From Squalus acanthias (Eukaryota): 64,000 nt of DNA. The position numbers were made by a program, and so were the translations under genes. Location of the stretch: assembly GCA_030390025.1 (NCBI GenBank), contig JASTWF010000362.1, positions 372,001 through 436,000 of the forward strand. The letters run 5' to 3'. The notes below the pieces were generated by a model, which saw only the letters and a program-made list of their open reading frames with translations, did not search any database and had not been told where the DNA came from. Positions 63,751 through 64,000 of the stretch are shown here, one piece after another; within the stretch, counting starts at the first letter, position 1; each line of letters opens with the position of its first letter.

Positions 63751-64000
63751 TTTGAAGATTAATCTTCAGGTCACAGCTGTGAGCAACCGGGAGTAAAATC
63801 AAGGGGCATAAAAAAAATTGTCTGCTTATTTCAAATTCACTTTGACATTTTAATGGCAATAGGCTGCTCAAACCTTCTAACAATGCTTGTAAATTCTCAC
63901 CAATCTAAAAGGGATATAAGTTGGAGTAAAGTCACTTCCGTCAGATCCAGTACAGCAAAAGTTCTTAGTTATAAAAATATCAGAAATGGCGTTGGGGGGG

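Overview
Repeat-dense vertebrate genomic DNA, almost certainly from a shark or other elasmobranch. This is inferred from the CR1/HER1-type LINE tails, a SacSINE1-like Deu-domain SINE and the shark-like coding exons. Two protein-coding genes lie head-to-head, as in human 9q34. The first coding exon of a laminin gamma chain (most likely LAMC3) is on the minus strand at 18059-18428, and its intron 1 runs off the left edge. The first two coding exons of FIBCD1 are on the plus strand at 51135-51200 and 60373-60846. Most of the rest is transposable-element sequence and tandem repeat: many 5'-truncated CR1 and L2 LINE ends (often nested, with readable target-site duplications), about 20 copies of a tRNA-headed Deu-domain SINE, a second tRNA-headed SINE, two solo LTRs, GC-rich MITE-like elements, a hAT-like element, an eIF5A processed-pseudogene fragment, several mini/microsatellites and a 500-N gap. 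The most notable pattern is a SINE subfamily carrying an internal 33-bp VNTR (about 6-56 copies in six separate insertions) that starts at a hairpin in the SINE body. All very long ORFs in the track are repeat artefacts. There is no CRISPR array, rRNA or true tRNA gene. Repeat boundaries were read by eye and are approximate unless a TSD or splice site is quoted.
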